Positions 1 through 11,560 are shown, counted from the stretch's first letter. The stretch: DNA of 34,854 nt from Tubiluchus corallicola (GCA_030141605.1 JAQGDQ010001555.1:1-34854); one strand, 5' to 3'. Numbers and translations are program-made. The notes: generated by a model from the sequence alone, not told the origin.

Positions 1-931
1 GAATCAAAAAGCTGTGTTCACACAAACCATTTTTCAAACCGGTTAAATTATACTAAATTTCCCACACGAGATATTTATGCAGAAACTAATATAACTGTAC
101 GGAAGAAAACTACTTAGGCCATTGTAGTCACCAGAAGCACTGTCAACAGAGGTTAATACCACTGAATGCTTTATTGTAGTCACAGAAACACTGTGAACAG
201 AGGTTAATACCACTGAATGCTTTATTGTAACATAATCAGTACACAAATGTCCAACAGATCCCATAAAGTGGATTAACCTGACTGTTCAGAGCACAGGTGA
301 GTAAAACAGACAGGTGACTAGCAGGTGAAAAACTGACCAAAACCAAAAGCTTTACATTCCGGCCACAGATGGCGCCTCGTGCACCAATTTGTAACGTAAT
401 CAGTACATAAATGTCCCACATGTCCCATAAAGTGTATTAACCTGACTGTTCAGAGCACAGGTGAGTAAAACAGACAGGTGACTAGCAGGTGAAAAACTGG
501 CCAAAACCAAAAGCTTTACATTCCCGCCACAGATGGCGCCTCGTGCACGAATCTATAAGTAAGATTAAGCCAAGTCTGCTATAGCCATGCTTTAACAACT
601 GATAAAACAGACAATAACTTTACAGTCAAGAGAATCGCTACTTTCACTGGTTCATTAACTATGTAATTGCCTAAATGCACATGATGTTAAAAAAGTGTAG
701 ACAGGGGATAGATCCCTGGAAAAAACTTGTCCGGTACGTAAAATGCTATGAAACAGGTTTTTTCCCACAAAAAAATTATCCTTATACAGGTCCTCTAAAG
801 TACTTATATAACATGTAATTTGAAACTTGCACATGTTCACTTTTAGTGGGACTTGCCATAACTGTTTTTAAAAATGGTCAAAATTAGAACTTGTCTTTTT
901 CGACAAATTTGACCGCAGACAACAGTTCAAG
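1..931. repeat. Left arm of a long inverted repeat (may extend beyond the window start)
   Basis: Reverse complement of 1382-2311. I count about 7 substitutions and one homopolymer indel. ORFs 43..264(-)/2048..2269(+) and 236..421(-)/1891..2076(+) mirror each other. Confidence 0.97.
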
Positions 932-990
932 AACTCATGGTGATTTTCTTCTTCTTCTTCTGCTTGACCTAATGAAAACACCAGACTAAC

Positions 991-1205
991 CTCGGCATGA
1001 CTCTGCTCCGTGAGCTCCTGTAACCGTTCCTCTAAGGTCTCCCGCTCATCGCGACTTCTCTCCAGCTCCTGCATGACCAGGGTCAATCGCACGTGGTTCG
1101 AATCGGGCACGGACGGTACAGACGGGTCAACCGAGGTAGACGAGTAATCGGATGTGGTCTCCGGCAAACTTTGAGCCAATTCGGTGGAGGTCGGAAGATC
1201 CTCTT
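991..1205 (-). CDS. GOLGA3: Coding exon of the GOLGA3-like gene lying in inverted orientation (EDLPTSTELAQ...ERETLEERLQELTEQSHAE)
   Basis: Acceptor ttatgcttag|AAGAG at 1206/1205 and donor GAG|GTTAGT at 991/990 (phase 0). Heptad-rich C-terminal half. Joins in frame to the phase-0 exon at 2334 if flipped, and the joined peptide is colinear with the recalled GOLGA3 segment LEKELQEVIALTSQELEESREKVLEL. Confidence 0.8.
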
Positions 1206-1381
1206 CTAAGCATAAGAATAACATTGGCATTTACAGTTGTTAACTTTTTAACCAGCATTTATAGGCCTACTCAATGCGAATGTTTGTGGCGTGACTGGAA
1301 CCCAGGTCATTATCCAGGATATCACACTAAGATGAGCCACTGAATCATACGAAGTGCCTCAACCACATTCGAATATAGGTA

Positions 1382-2311
1382 CTTGAACTGTTGTCTGCGG
1401 TCAAATTTGTCGAAAAAGACAAGTTCTAATTTTGACCATTTTTAAAAACAGTTATGGCAAGTCCCACTAAAAGTGAACATGTGCAAGTTTCAAATTACAT
1501 GTTATATAAGTACTTTAGAGGACCTGTATAAGGATAATTTTTTGTGGGAAAAAACCTGTTTCATAGCATTTTACGTACCGGACAAGTTTTTTCCAGAGAT
1601 CTATCCCCTGTCTACACTTTTTTAACATCATATGCATTTAGGCAATTACATAGTTAATGAACCAGTGAAAGTAGCGATTCTCTTGACTGTAAAGTTATTG
1701 TCTGTTTTATCAGTTGTTAAAGCATGGCTATAGCAGACTTGGCTTAATCTTACTTATAGATTCGTGCACGAGGCGCCATCTGTGGCGGGAATGTAAAGCT
1801 TTTGGTTTTGGCCAGTTTTTCACCTGCTAGTCACCTGTCTGTTTTACTCACCTGTGCTCTGAACAGTCAGGTTAATCCACTTTATGGGACATGTGGGACA
1901 TTTATGTACTGATTACGTTACAAATTCGTGCACGAGGCGCCATCTGTGGCCGGAATGTAAAGCTTTTGGTTTTGGTCAGTTTTTCACCTGCTAGTCACCT
2001 GTCTGTTTTACTCACCTGTGCTCTGAACAGTCAGGTTAATCCACTTTATGGGATCTGTTGGACATTTGTGTACTGATTATGTTAGAATAAAGCATTCAGT
2101 GGTATTAACCTCTGTTCACAGTGTTTCTGTGACTACAATAAAGCATTCAGTGGTATTAACCTCTGTTCACAGTGTTTCTGGTGACTACAATGGCCTAAGT
2201 AGTTTTCTTCCGTACAGTTATATTAGTTTCTGCATAAATATCTCGTGTGGGAAATTTAGTATAATTTAACCGGTTTGAAAAATGGTTTGTGTGAACACAG
2301 CTTTTTGATTC
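1382..2311. repeat. Right arm of the long inverted repeat
   Basis: Starts cttgaactgttgtctgcgg (pairs with 931) and ends cacagctttttgattc (pairs with 1). It stops 22 bp before the exon at 2334. Confidence 0.97.
1744..2189 (+). mobile_element. Dispersed repeat with an internal 164-bp tandem core (2 core copies; mirrored at ~123-568)
   Basis: Same start (ttaatcttactta), core and tail (attcagtggtattaacctctgtt..gtgactac) as 9201-9922. Confidence 0.7.
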
Positions 2312-2333
2312 CTAATTTCTGTTTTGCTTGCAG

Positions 2334-2472
2334 GTTATGAAATACGAACGTAAGATAGTTGAACTGCAGCAAAGTCTGATCGAGGCTCAAGCTCGCATTG
2401 GTCACTCGGACGCTGACCGGCAGAACAGGAGGTTACAGTTGGAGTTGGAGAAGGTCAAAGGGAAATTGATGG
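2334..2472 (+). CDS. GOLGA3: Golgin subfamily A member 3 (golgin-160)-like, exon (VMKYERK...LELEKVKGKLM)
   Basis: ttgcttgcag| acceptor and G|GTAAGT donor, phase 0 to 1. LQLELEKVKGKLMG resembles recalled human GOLGA3 LALELEHEKGKLTG. Confidence 0.88.
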
Positions 2473-3168
2473 GTAAGTGTGTTTATAATTGGAGCCCGGA
2501 GCCGCATCGTTTCAGCTCAACTCTAGTCGGTTTATTTCCACTGTCGAGCTAGGCGATAAGAAACTCAGCTTTAGTCTCACCAGCCGCTCAGTGATGGCAG
2601 TCGAACTAGACGACATTTTTGCCGGTTGTGAAGATTTCCGCTCTTGCGATAATCACGTAACAGTCCAAATCACTGGTTGAAATACGGTGAGAAACGCATT
2701 GCGGATTCGCGGTCAGATTGTGCGTGTGCTGTCAGGAAATCCTTGAAAATACAGCTATCCTGAAAAAGATAATTTGGCAAAAAGTTGGGAAAATGATGAA
2801 AATGGGACAAAAAGTCCGGAAATCGGTGAACCGTAAACCGATATTTTTGCCAAACATATTTTTCAACTATTCGTGTTCAAATAAAATTTTCCTATGACAG
2901 GTTCCCAGTTTCGACTTCAGTTGCAAGAATAATGATTGGCCGACACATTATATATCAGTATATGTATGAATGTCCAAACAGAAAAATGTTTGAATGTGTT
3001 TACTGGTAATGCTATTTCTGTGTATCTTGGTCATGGAAAATCAATATTTGGTCAGGGAAAAGTCCGGGAAATTTATTTTAAAATTCTGTGGGAAGCCTGT
3101 AACCCCATCTCAGCACTAAAAAAGAAATGCAATTTTCCTAGAATGTTTAAATTCGGGTGGAAGGGTAG

Positions 3169-5194
3169 CAGTCGGTGCTGTAACTCTTGCTTTCTTATTT
3201 ACACAGGTGTTTCAGTCGGTGATGTAACTCTTGCTTTCTTATTTACAGGTGTTTCAGTCGGTGATGTAACTCTTGCTTTCTTATTTACAGGTGTTTCAGT
3301 CGGTGATGTAACTCTTGCTTTCTTATTTACAGGTGTTTCAGTCGGTGATGTAACTCTTGCTTTCTTATTTACACAGGTGTTTCAGTCGGTGATGTAACTC
3401 TTGCTTTCTTATTTACAGGTGTTTCAGTCGGTGATGTAACTCTTGCTTTCTTATTTACAGGTGTTTCAGTCGGTGATGTAACTCTTGCTTTCTTATTTAC
3501 AGGTGTTTCAGTCGGTGATGTAACTCTTGCTTTCTTATTTACAGGTGTTTCAGTCGGTGATACAGGTGTTTCAGCGGTGATGCTCTTGCTTTCTTATTTA
3601 CAGGTGTTTCAGTCGATGTAACTCTTGCTCTTATTTGGTGTTTCAGTCGGTGATGTAACTCTTGCTTTCTTATTTACAGGTGTTTCAGTCGGTGATGTAA
3701 CTCTTGCTTTCTTATTTACACAGGTGTTTCAGTCGGTGATGTAACTCTTGCTTTCTTATTTACAGGTGTTTCAGTCGGTGATGTAACTCTTGCTTTCTTA
3801 TTTACACAGGTGTTTCAGTCGGTGATGTAACTCTTGCTTTCTTATTTACACAGGTGTTTCAGTCGGTGATGTAACTCTTGCTTTCTTATTTACAGGTGTT
3901 TCAGTCGGTGATGTAACTCTTGCTTTCTTATTTACAGGTGTTTCAGTCGGTGATGTAACTCTTGCTTTCTTATTTACACAGGTGTTTCAGTCGGTGATGT
4001 AACTCTTGCTTTCTTATTTACACAGGTGTTTCAGTCGGTGATGTAACTCTTGCTTTCTTATTTACACAGGTGTTTCAGTCGGTGATGTAACTCTTGCTTT
4101 CTTATTTACAGGTGTTTCAGTCGGTGATGTAACTCTTGCTTTCTTATTTACACAGGTGTTTCAGTCGGTGATGTAACTCTTGCTTTCTTATTTACACAGG
4201 TGTTTCAGTCGGTGATGTAACTCTTGCTTTCTTATTTACAGGTGTTTCAGTCGGTGATGTAACTCTTGCTTTCTTATTTACAGGTGTTTCAGTCGGTGAT
4301 GTAACTCTTGCTTTCTTATTTACAGGTGTTTCAGTCGGTGATGTAACTCTTGCTTTCTTATTTACACAGGTGTTTCAGTCGGTGATGTAACTCTTGCTTT
4401 CTTATTTACACAGGTGTTTCAGTCTGTGATGTAACTCTTGCTTTCTTATTTACACAGGTGTTTCAGTCGGTGATGTAACTCTTGCTTTCTTATTTACAGG
4501 TGTTTCAGTCGGTGATGTAACTCTTGCTTTCTTATTTACACAGGTGTTTCAGTCGGTGATGTAACTCTTGCTTTCTTATTTACACAGGTGTTTCAGTCTG
4601 TGATGTAACTCTTGCTTTCTTATTTACACAGGTGTTTCAGTCGGTGATGTAACTCTTGCTTTCTTATTTACACAGGTGTTTCAGTCGGTGATGTAACTCT
4701 TGCTTTCTTATTTACAGGTGTTTCAGTCGGTGATGTAACTCTTGCTTTCTTATTTACACAGGTGTTTCAGTCGGTGATGTAACTCTTGCTTTCTTATTTA
4801 CACAGGTGTTTCAGTCGGTGATGTAACTCTTGCTTTCTTATTTACAGGTGTTTCAGTCGGTGATGTAACTCTTGCTTTCTTATTTACAGGTGTTTCAGTC
4901 GGTGATGTAACTCTTGCTTTCTTATTTACAGGTGTTTCAGTCGGTGATGTAACTCTTGCTTTCTTATTTACAGGTGTTTCAGTCGGTGATGTAACTCTTG
5001 CTTTCTTATTTACACAGGTGTTTCAGTCGGTGATGTAACTCTTGCTTTCTTATTTACAGGTGTTTCAGTCGGTGATGTAACTCTTGCTTTCTTATTTACA
5101 GGTGTTTCAGTCGGTGATGTAACTCTTGCTTTCTTATTTACAGGTGTTTCAGTCGGTGATGTAACTCTTGCTTTCTTATTTACAGGTGTTTCAG
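3169..5194 (+). repeat. 42/44-bp tandem array (~47 copies) whose unit contains the splice acceptor of the next exon
   Basis: Unit gtgtttcagtcggtgatgtaactcttgctttcttatttac(ac)ag. The last copy runs directly into exon 5186. Confidence 0.97.
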
Positions 5195-5288
5195 AAACTC
5201 ATGAAACCCTGAAGAAGCATACGAGTGCACTGGAGGCGGAGCTGGCGAGTAAAGAGTCGGTAATCGTGGAGCTGGATGCGCATGCTAG
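5186..5288 (+). CDS. GOLGA3: GOLGA3-like exon (GVSETHETLKKHTSALEAELASKESVIVELDAHAR)
   Basis: tttacag| acceptor and AG|GTAC donor, phase 1 to 2, matching both neighbours. Resembles recalled GLGQSNAALREHNSILETALAKREADLVQL. An alternative in-frame acceptor lies 9 nt downstream. Confidence 0.88.
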
Positions 5289-5636
5289 GTACTCCACTTT
5301 ATATAAATCTGGAAGAATTTTTGATGAAATTACCACCTCTTGTTACGTAAATTTTAAAATATGGTGTCCGAAAGCATGCTGTTATTTATGACTTGCCCTG
5401 TATCATCGTTAAAATCATTGAAAGGTTGATGAAGATCAGTATACTAAAGCAATAAGGAAAATCTTTGGAATTTACGCCATTAGCTGCGACGTGATTGCAG
5501 CTATCGTCCACGACCAGCCCAGGAGAAAGAGGAATGTTCTATAAAAGTTATTTGTAGCCAGAGCCCTCCATGTTCCTGTGTGGTTCCGGATGCTGATGCA
5601 GGATGTAAAATATCTCTTTGATCAAGAGCTCATACA

Positions 5637-5885
5637 GTGTGTGTGTGTGTGTGTGTGCGTGTGTGTGTGTGCGTGTGTGTGTGTGCGTGTGTGCGCATGT
5701 GTGCGCATGTGCGTGTGTTTATTTGCATGTGTGTGTAGGTGGGTTTTGTGTGCGTGTGTGCGTGCATGTATTTGTGTGCATGTGTGCGTGCGTGTGTGCA
5801 TGTATTTGTGTGTGTGCGTGCGTGTATGCGTGTGCGTGCCTGTATGCGTGCATGTGTGTGTGTGTGTGTGCATGTGTGTGTGTGC
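5637..5885. repeat. (GT)n/(GC/AT-interrupted) alternating purine-pyrimidine microsatellite
   Basis: ~250 bp of gtgtgtgcgtgcatgt; source of the CV/HT-rich ORFs. Confidence 0.97.
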
Positions 5886-6164
5886 GGTATCAATCAAATC
5901 ACCTCGATATTTTCCAGTGTAATTGACAAAGCACTCAGTGGAATGCACCCTTGACCGATTGACTGGACATGCTGTTGTACTCCGCACTACGGTACCTAAG
6001 TTGACTAGTGGTCTCCCTCACGTAGCAACTACCACATCCACAGCATGGAAAATGTTTATTTATAAACCTCATTGCAGCTAATGGTGTTAATTTTAAAGAT
6101 TTCCTCTATTACTTCAGTATATGATCACACCAAGTTATTGTGTTGTAACATCGTGCTGTGAAAT

Positions 6165-8752
6165 GTCAAGTTTTGGCAGTTTTTAATATTAGCATGTTTT
6201 TTTGCACCACCCGGTACGTGTAGAAACTTATTTTACCTGCAGGGACGTACTGCGTCAAGTTTTGGCAGTTTTTAATATTAGCGTGTATTTTTTGCACCAC
6301 CCGGTACATGTAGAAACTTATTTTACCTGCAGGGACGTCCTACGTCAAGTTTTGGCAGTTTTTAATATTAGCATGTTTTTTTGCACCACCCGGTACGTGT
6401 AGAAACTTATTTTACCTGCAGGGACGTCCTACGTCAAGTTTTGGCAGTTTTTAATATTAGCGTGTATTTTTTGCACCACCCGGTACGTGTAGAAACTTAT
6501 TTTACCTGCAGGGACGTCCTGCGTCAAGTTTTGGCAGTTTTTAATATTAGCATATTTTTTTGCACCACCCGGTACGTGTAGAAACTTATTTTACCTGCAG
6601 GGACGTCCTGCGTCAAGTTTTGGCAGTTTTTAATATTAGCATATTTTTTTGCACCACCCGGTACGTGTAGAAACTTATTTTACCTGCAGGGACGTCCTGC
6701 GTCAAGTTTTGGCAGTTTTTAATATTAGCATATTTTTTTTGCACCACCCGGTACATGTAGAAACTTATTTTACCTGCAGGGACGTCCTGCGTCAAGTTTT
6801 GGCAGTTTTTAATATTAGCATATTTTTTTGCACCACCCGGTACGTGTAGAAACTTATTTTACCTGCAGGGACGTCCTGCGTCAAGTTTTGGCAGTTTTTA
6901 ATATTAGCATGTTTTTTTTGCACCACCCGGTACATGTAAAAACTTATTTTACCTGCAGGGACGTCCTGCGTCAAGTTTTGGCAGTTTTTAATATTAGCGT
7001 GTATTTTTTGCACCACCCGGTACGTGTAGAAACTTATTTTACCTGCAAGGGACGTCCTGCGTCAAGTTTTGGCAGTTTTTAATATTAGCGTGTATTTTTT
7101 GCACCACCCGGTACGTGTAGAAACTTATTTTACCTGCAGGGACGTCCTGCGTCAAGTTTTGGCAGTTTTTAATATTAGCATATTTTTTGCACCACCCGGT
7201 ACGTGTAGAAACTTATTTTACCTGCAGGGACGTCCTGCGTCAAGTTTTGGCAGTTTTTAATATTAGCATATTTTTTTGCACCACCCGGTACGTGTAGAAA
7301 CTTATTTTACCTGCAGGGACGTCCTGCGTCAAGTTTTGGCAGTTTTTAATATTAGCATGTTTTTTTGCACCACCCGGTACGTGTAGAAACTTATTTTACC
7401 TGCAGGGACGTCCTGCGTCAAGTTTTGGCAGTTTTTAATATTAGCGTGTATTTTTTGCACCACCCGGTACGTGTAGAAACTTATTTTACCTGCAGGGACG
7501 TCCTGCGTCAAGTTTTGGCAGTTTTTAATATTAGCATATTTTTTGCACCACCCGGTACGTGTAGAAACTTATTTTACCTGCAGGGACGTCCTGCGTCAAG
7601 TTTTGGCAGTTTTTAATATTAGCATGTTTTTTGCACCACCCGGTACGTGTAGAAACTTATTTTACCTGCAGGGACGTACTGCGTCAAGTTTTGGCAGTTT
7701 TTAATATTAGCATGTTTTTTTGCACCACCCGGTACATGTAGAAACTTATTTTACCTGCAGGGACGTCCTGCGTCAAGTTTTGGCAGTTTTTAATATTAGC
7801 GTGTATTTTTTGCACCACCCGGTACGTGTAGAAACTTATTTTACCTGCAGGGACGTCCTGCGTCAAGTTTTGGCAGTTTTTAATATTAGCATATTTTTTG
7901 CACCACCCGGTACGTGTAGAAACTTATTTTACCTGCAGGGACGTCCTGCGTCAAGTTTTGGCAGTTTTTAATATTAGCATATTTTTTTGCACCACCCGGT
8001 ACGTGTAGAAACTTATTTTACCTGCAGGGACGTCCTGCGTCAAGTTTTGGCAGTTTTTAATATTAGCATGTTTTTTTTGCACCACCCGGTACATGTAGAA
8101 ACTTATTTTACCTGCAGGGACGTCCTGCGTCAAGTTTTGGCAGTTTTTAATATTAGCGTGTATTTTTTGCACCACCCGGTACGTGTAGAAACTTATTTTG
8201 CCTGCAGGGACGTACTGCGTCAAGTTTTGGCAGTTTTTAATATTACCATGTTTTTTTGCACCACCCGGTACGTGTAGAAACTTATTTTACCTGCAGGGAC
8301 GTACTGCGTCAAGTTTTGGCAGTTTTTAATATTAGCATGTTTTTTTGCACCACCCGGTACGTGTAGAAACTTATTTTACCTGCAGGGACGTACTGCGTCA
8401 AGTTTTGGCAGTTTTTAATATTAGCATGTTTTTTTGCACCACCCGGTACGTGTAGAAACTTATTTTACCTGCAGGGACGTCCTGCGTCAAGTTTTGGCAG
8501 TTTTTAATATTAGCGTGTATTTTTTGCACCACCCGGTACGTGTAGAAACTTATTTTACCTGCAGGGACGTCCTGCGTCAAGTTTTGGCAGTTTTTAATAT
8601 TACCATGTTTTTTTGCACCACCCGGTACGTGTAGAAACTTATTTTACCTGCAGGGACGTACTGCGTCAAGTTTTGGCAGTTTTTAATATTAGCATGTTTT
8701 TTGCACCACCCGGTACGTGTAGAAACTTATTTTCCCTGCAGGGACGTCCTGC
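6165..8752 (+). repeat. 88-90-bp tandem array (~29 copies) containing the acceptor and first 11 nt of the next exon
   Basis: Unit gtcaagttttggcag...gcaccacccggtacgtgtagaaacttattttacctgcag|ggacgtcctgc. Confidence 0.97.
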
Positions 8753-8853
8753 TGAAGAAGGAACAGGAAAATCAACTTTGCAGGAAGAAGATTAAATTCC
8801 TGGAGCATGACTTGGACAATCAGAGAATGACGGTGAAAGAACTGCGCACGCAC
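8742..8853 (+). CDS. GOLGA3: GOLGA3-like exon (RDVLLKKEQENQLCRKKIKFLEHDLDNQRMTVKELRTH)
   Basis: ttttccctgcag| acceptor and CAC|GTACGT donor, phase 2 to 0. Resembles recalled AVLQRKEEEDRQMKHLVQALQASLEKEKEKVNSLKEQ. Confidence 0.88.
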
Positions 8854-9200
8854 GTACGTACATTTGCCGTTGCCGTAGTGTGCTGTCGTATGTTTTATGC
8901 ATACGGTGTAAACTGAATTATGTATGCGCAATGTTGAATTATAATAGTTCTTTTGCTCGTTGAAGTCTTGAAATGAGTGATTGAATAAACTGAAAGGAGA
9001 ATAAATAAAACCCCCGAGGATCTTTCCAACGAGCGTTTAATTAAAAGTTTCAGAGAATTACAAAAACATCAATATAAGAAAAAAAATCACAGACAGATTC
9101 ATCGACTATAAAATTTTATTCTTTCTTACAAACAAAAAACAGATATTTCGAAATCTGTTACGGGTTTAATCATCAGTGTAGCAGAGTTAGCTTTTTTTTA

Positions 9201-9922
9201 TTAATCTTACTTACAAATTCGTGCACGAGGCGCCATCTGTGGCGGGAATGTAAAGCTTTTGGTTTTGGGCAGTTTGTTACCTGCTAGTCACCTGTCTGTT
9301 TTACTCACCTATTCTCTGAACAGTCAGGTTAATCCACTTTATGGGACATGTGGGACATTTATGTACTGATTACGTTACAAATTCGTGCACGAGGCGCCAT
9401 CTGTGGCGGGAATGTAAAGCTTTTGGTTTTGGGCAGTTTGTTACCTGCTAGTCACCTGTCTGTTTTACTCACCTATTCTCTGAACAGTCAGGTTAATCCA
9501 CTTTATGGGACATGTGGGACATTTATGTACTGATTACGTTACAAATTCGTGCACGAGGCGCCATCTGTGGCGGGAATGTAAAGCTTTTGGTTTTGGGCAG
9601 TTTGTTACCTGCTAGTCACCTGTCTGTTTTACTCACATATTCTCTGAACAGTCACGTTAATCCACTTTATGGGACATGTGGGACATTTATGTACTGATTA
9701 CGTTACAAATTCGTGCACGAGGCGCCATCTGTGGCGGGAATGTAAAGCTTTTGGTTTTGGGCAGTTTGTTACCTGCTAGTCACCTGTCTGTTTTACTCAC
9801 ATATTCTCTGAACAGTCACGTTAATCCACTTTATGGGGCATGTGGGACATTTATGTACTTATTATGTTACAATAAAATATTCAGTGGTATTAACCTCTGT
9901 TGACAGTGTTTTATGTGACTAC
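9201..9922 (+). mobile_element. Dispersed repeat with an internal 164-bp tandem core (~4 copies)
   Basis: Period of 164 (ORF starts at 9348, 9512, 9676). Homologous, with the same boundaries, to 1744-2189. Confidence 0.8.
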
Positions 9923-10200
9923 GTCCAGTGTTATGTAGGAAATATGGCACACCTTCGAATGGCAGATAGAAGAAACAAAAGGCCCTAACAAAGTGCCCTC
10001 CTCATGACCAGCATCGTAGCCCCAAGGACCCCAATGACCACTTACATCAATAACAAAGAAGTATAAGCATAAATAATGATTTAACTGATGCAGTTATATG
10101 GTAAGCCATCTGAATTTTTGAATGCAGAATAAACCACCCACTATTACAGTGCTGAGAGTGTTCTAAAGTGTTTTGGATATCTATTTGCCCTTTCTAGATG

Positions 10201-10710
10201 CAGGGATGAGAATTTTCCGCGGATACGCGGAATTCCTGGTTTTTGGAAGACCAGTAGTGTAATTTTTGTAAATCGCGTAAATTCGTTGAGAAAATTTTTA
10301 CGGACCCACTACATTATTTCACAAGCTGACCGCTAGTTGGCAGGCCGTCACTTTGTTTACATTACGTACATCAGTGTAACCACGTGTATATCTCTATGTA
10401 TAAAAATATAGAATCAATTGTGCGGAGTTATTTGAGTCAATTGCAGACAGTTTTTATATACTTTTGCATAGGAGCGGCCAGTACTTAGGCGTTTTTGAGA
10501 AAATTAGGTATCATGTATCCTTGATAGTTGGGTATTTTAAATTATGCATGAAACAAAGTATTTGATATTTTAAGTCCACCTAGAGGTTCTCTATGGTCAC
10601 AAAATTCCAATTGGTTGCTGGCTGAAAGGGGGCTTCCCATGGGCTCCTACACGGCCCCCAACCTCCCGGCCTGTTTCAGAATTTTTTGCAATTTGTCATT
10701 CTCATCCCTG
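10201..10710. mobile_element. Non-autonomous hAT-like (Ac-type TIR) MITE
   Basis: Perfect 13-bp terminal inverted repeat cagggatgagaat...attctcatccctg, similar to the Ac TIR CAGGGATGAAA. No clean 8-bp TSD. Confidence 0.65.
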
Positions 10711-10726
10711 TAGAAGTGTCTCTTGA

Positions 10727-11517
10727 TACTCTTACCTGTTTGCTTTTGACAACCTGCACAGTTCTGTACTCTTACCTGTTCGCTTTTGACAACCTGCACA
10801 GTTCTGTAGTCTTACCTGTTCGCTTTGACAACCTGCACAGTTCTGTACTCTTACCTGTTCGCTTTGACAACCTGTACAGTTCTGTAGTCTTACCTGTTCG
10901 CTTTGACAACCTGCACAGTTCTGTACTCTTACCTGTTCGCTTTGACAACCTGCACAGTTCTGTAGTCTTACCTGTTCGCTTTGACAACCTGTACAGTTCT
11001 GTACTCTTACCTGTTCGCTTTGACAACCTGTACAGTTCTGTAGTCTTACCTGTTCGCTTTGACAACCTGCACAGTTCTGTACTCTTACCTGTTCGCTTTG
11101 ACAACCTGTACAGTTCTGTACTCTTACCTGTTCGCTTTGACCACCTGCACAGTTCAGTACTCTTACCTGTTTGCCTTTGACAACCTGCACAGTTCTATAC
11201 TCTTACCTGTTCGCTTTTGACAACCTGCACAGTTCTGTAGTCTTACCTGTTCGCTTTGACAACCTGCACAGTTCAGTACTCTTACCTGTTCGCTTTGACA
11301 ACCTGCACAGTTCTGTACTCTTACCTGTTCGCTTTTGACAACCTGCACAGTTCTGTAGTCTTACCTGTTCGCTTTGACAACCTGCACAGTTCTGTACTCT
11401 TACCTGTTCACTTTGACAACCTGCACAGTTCTGTACTCTTACCTGTTCACTTTGACAACCTGCACAGTTCTGTACTCTTACCTGTTCACTTTGACAACCT
11501 ATGCACAGTTCTGTAGT
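10727..11517. repeat. 39/40-bp tandem array (~20 copies)
   Basis: Unit tactcttacctgttcgctttgacaacctgcacagttctg; ends ~43 bp before exon 11561. Confidence 0.96.
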
Positions 11518-11560
11518 TTTACAATTCCTGTTTTTATTAATGATGCTTATTTGTTTGCAG

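Noticed and set aside
2895-3100. hAT MITE remnant (gtcagggaaaagtccgggaa...gtgggaagcctg)
   Set aside because: Resembles a transposon end, but I could not establish a matching TIR pair with a TSD.
3540-3645. Cluster of deleted units in the 42-bp array, and the C/A-rich burst at 30395-30450
   Set aside because: Dense local indels and low complexity resemble long-read consensus error, and cannot be interpreted without the reads.
5578-5987. CV-rich and HT-rich ORFs
   Set aside because: Translations of a (GT)n microsatellite.
3169-8752. CRISPR-like regular repeats
   Set aside because: Units are contiguous with no unique spacers, there are no cas genes, and the context is eukaryotic introns.
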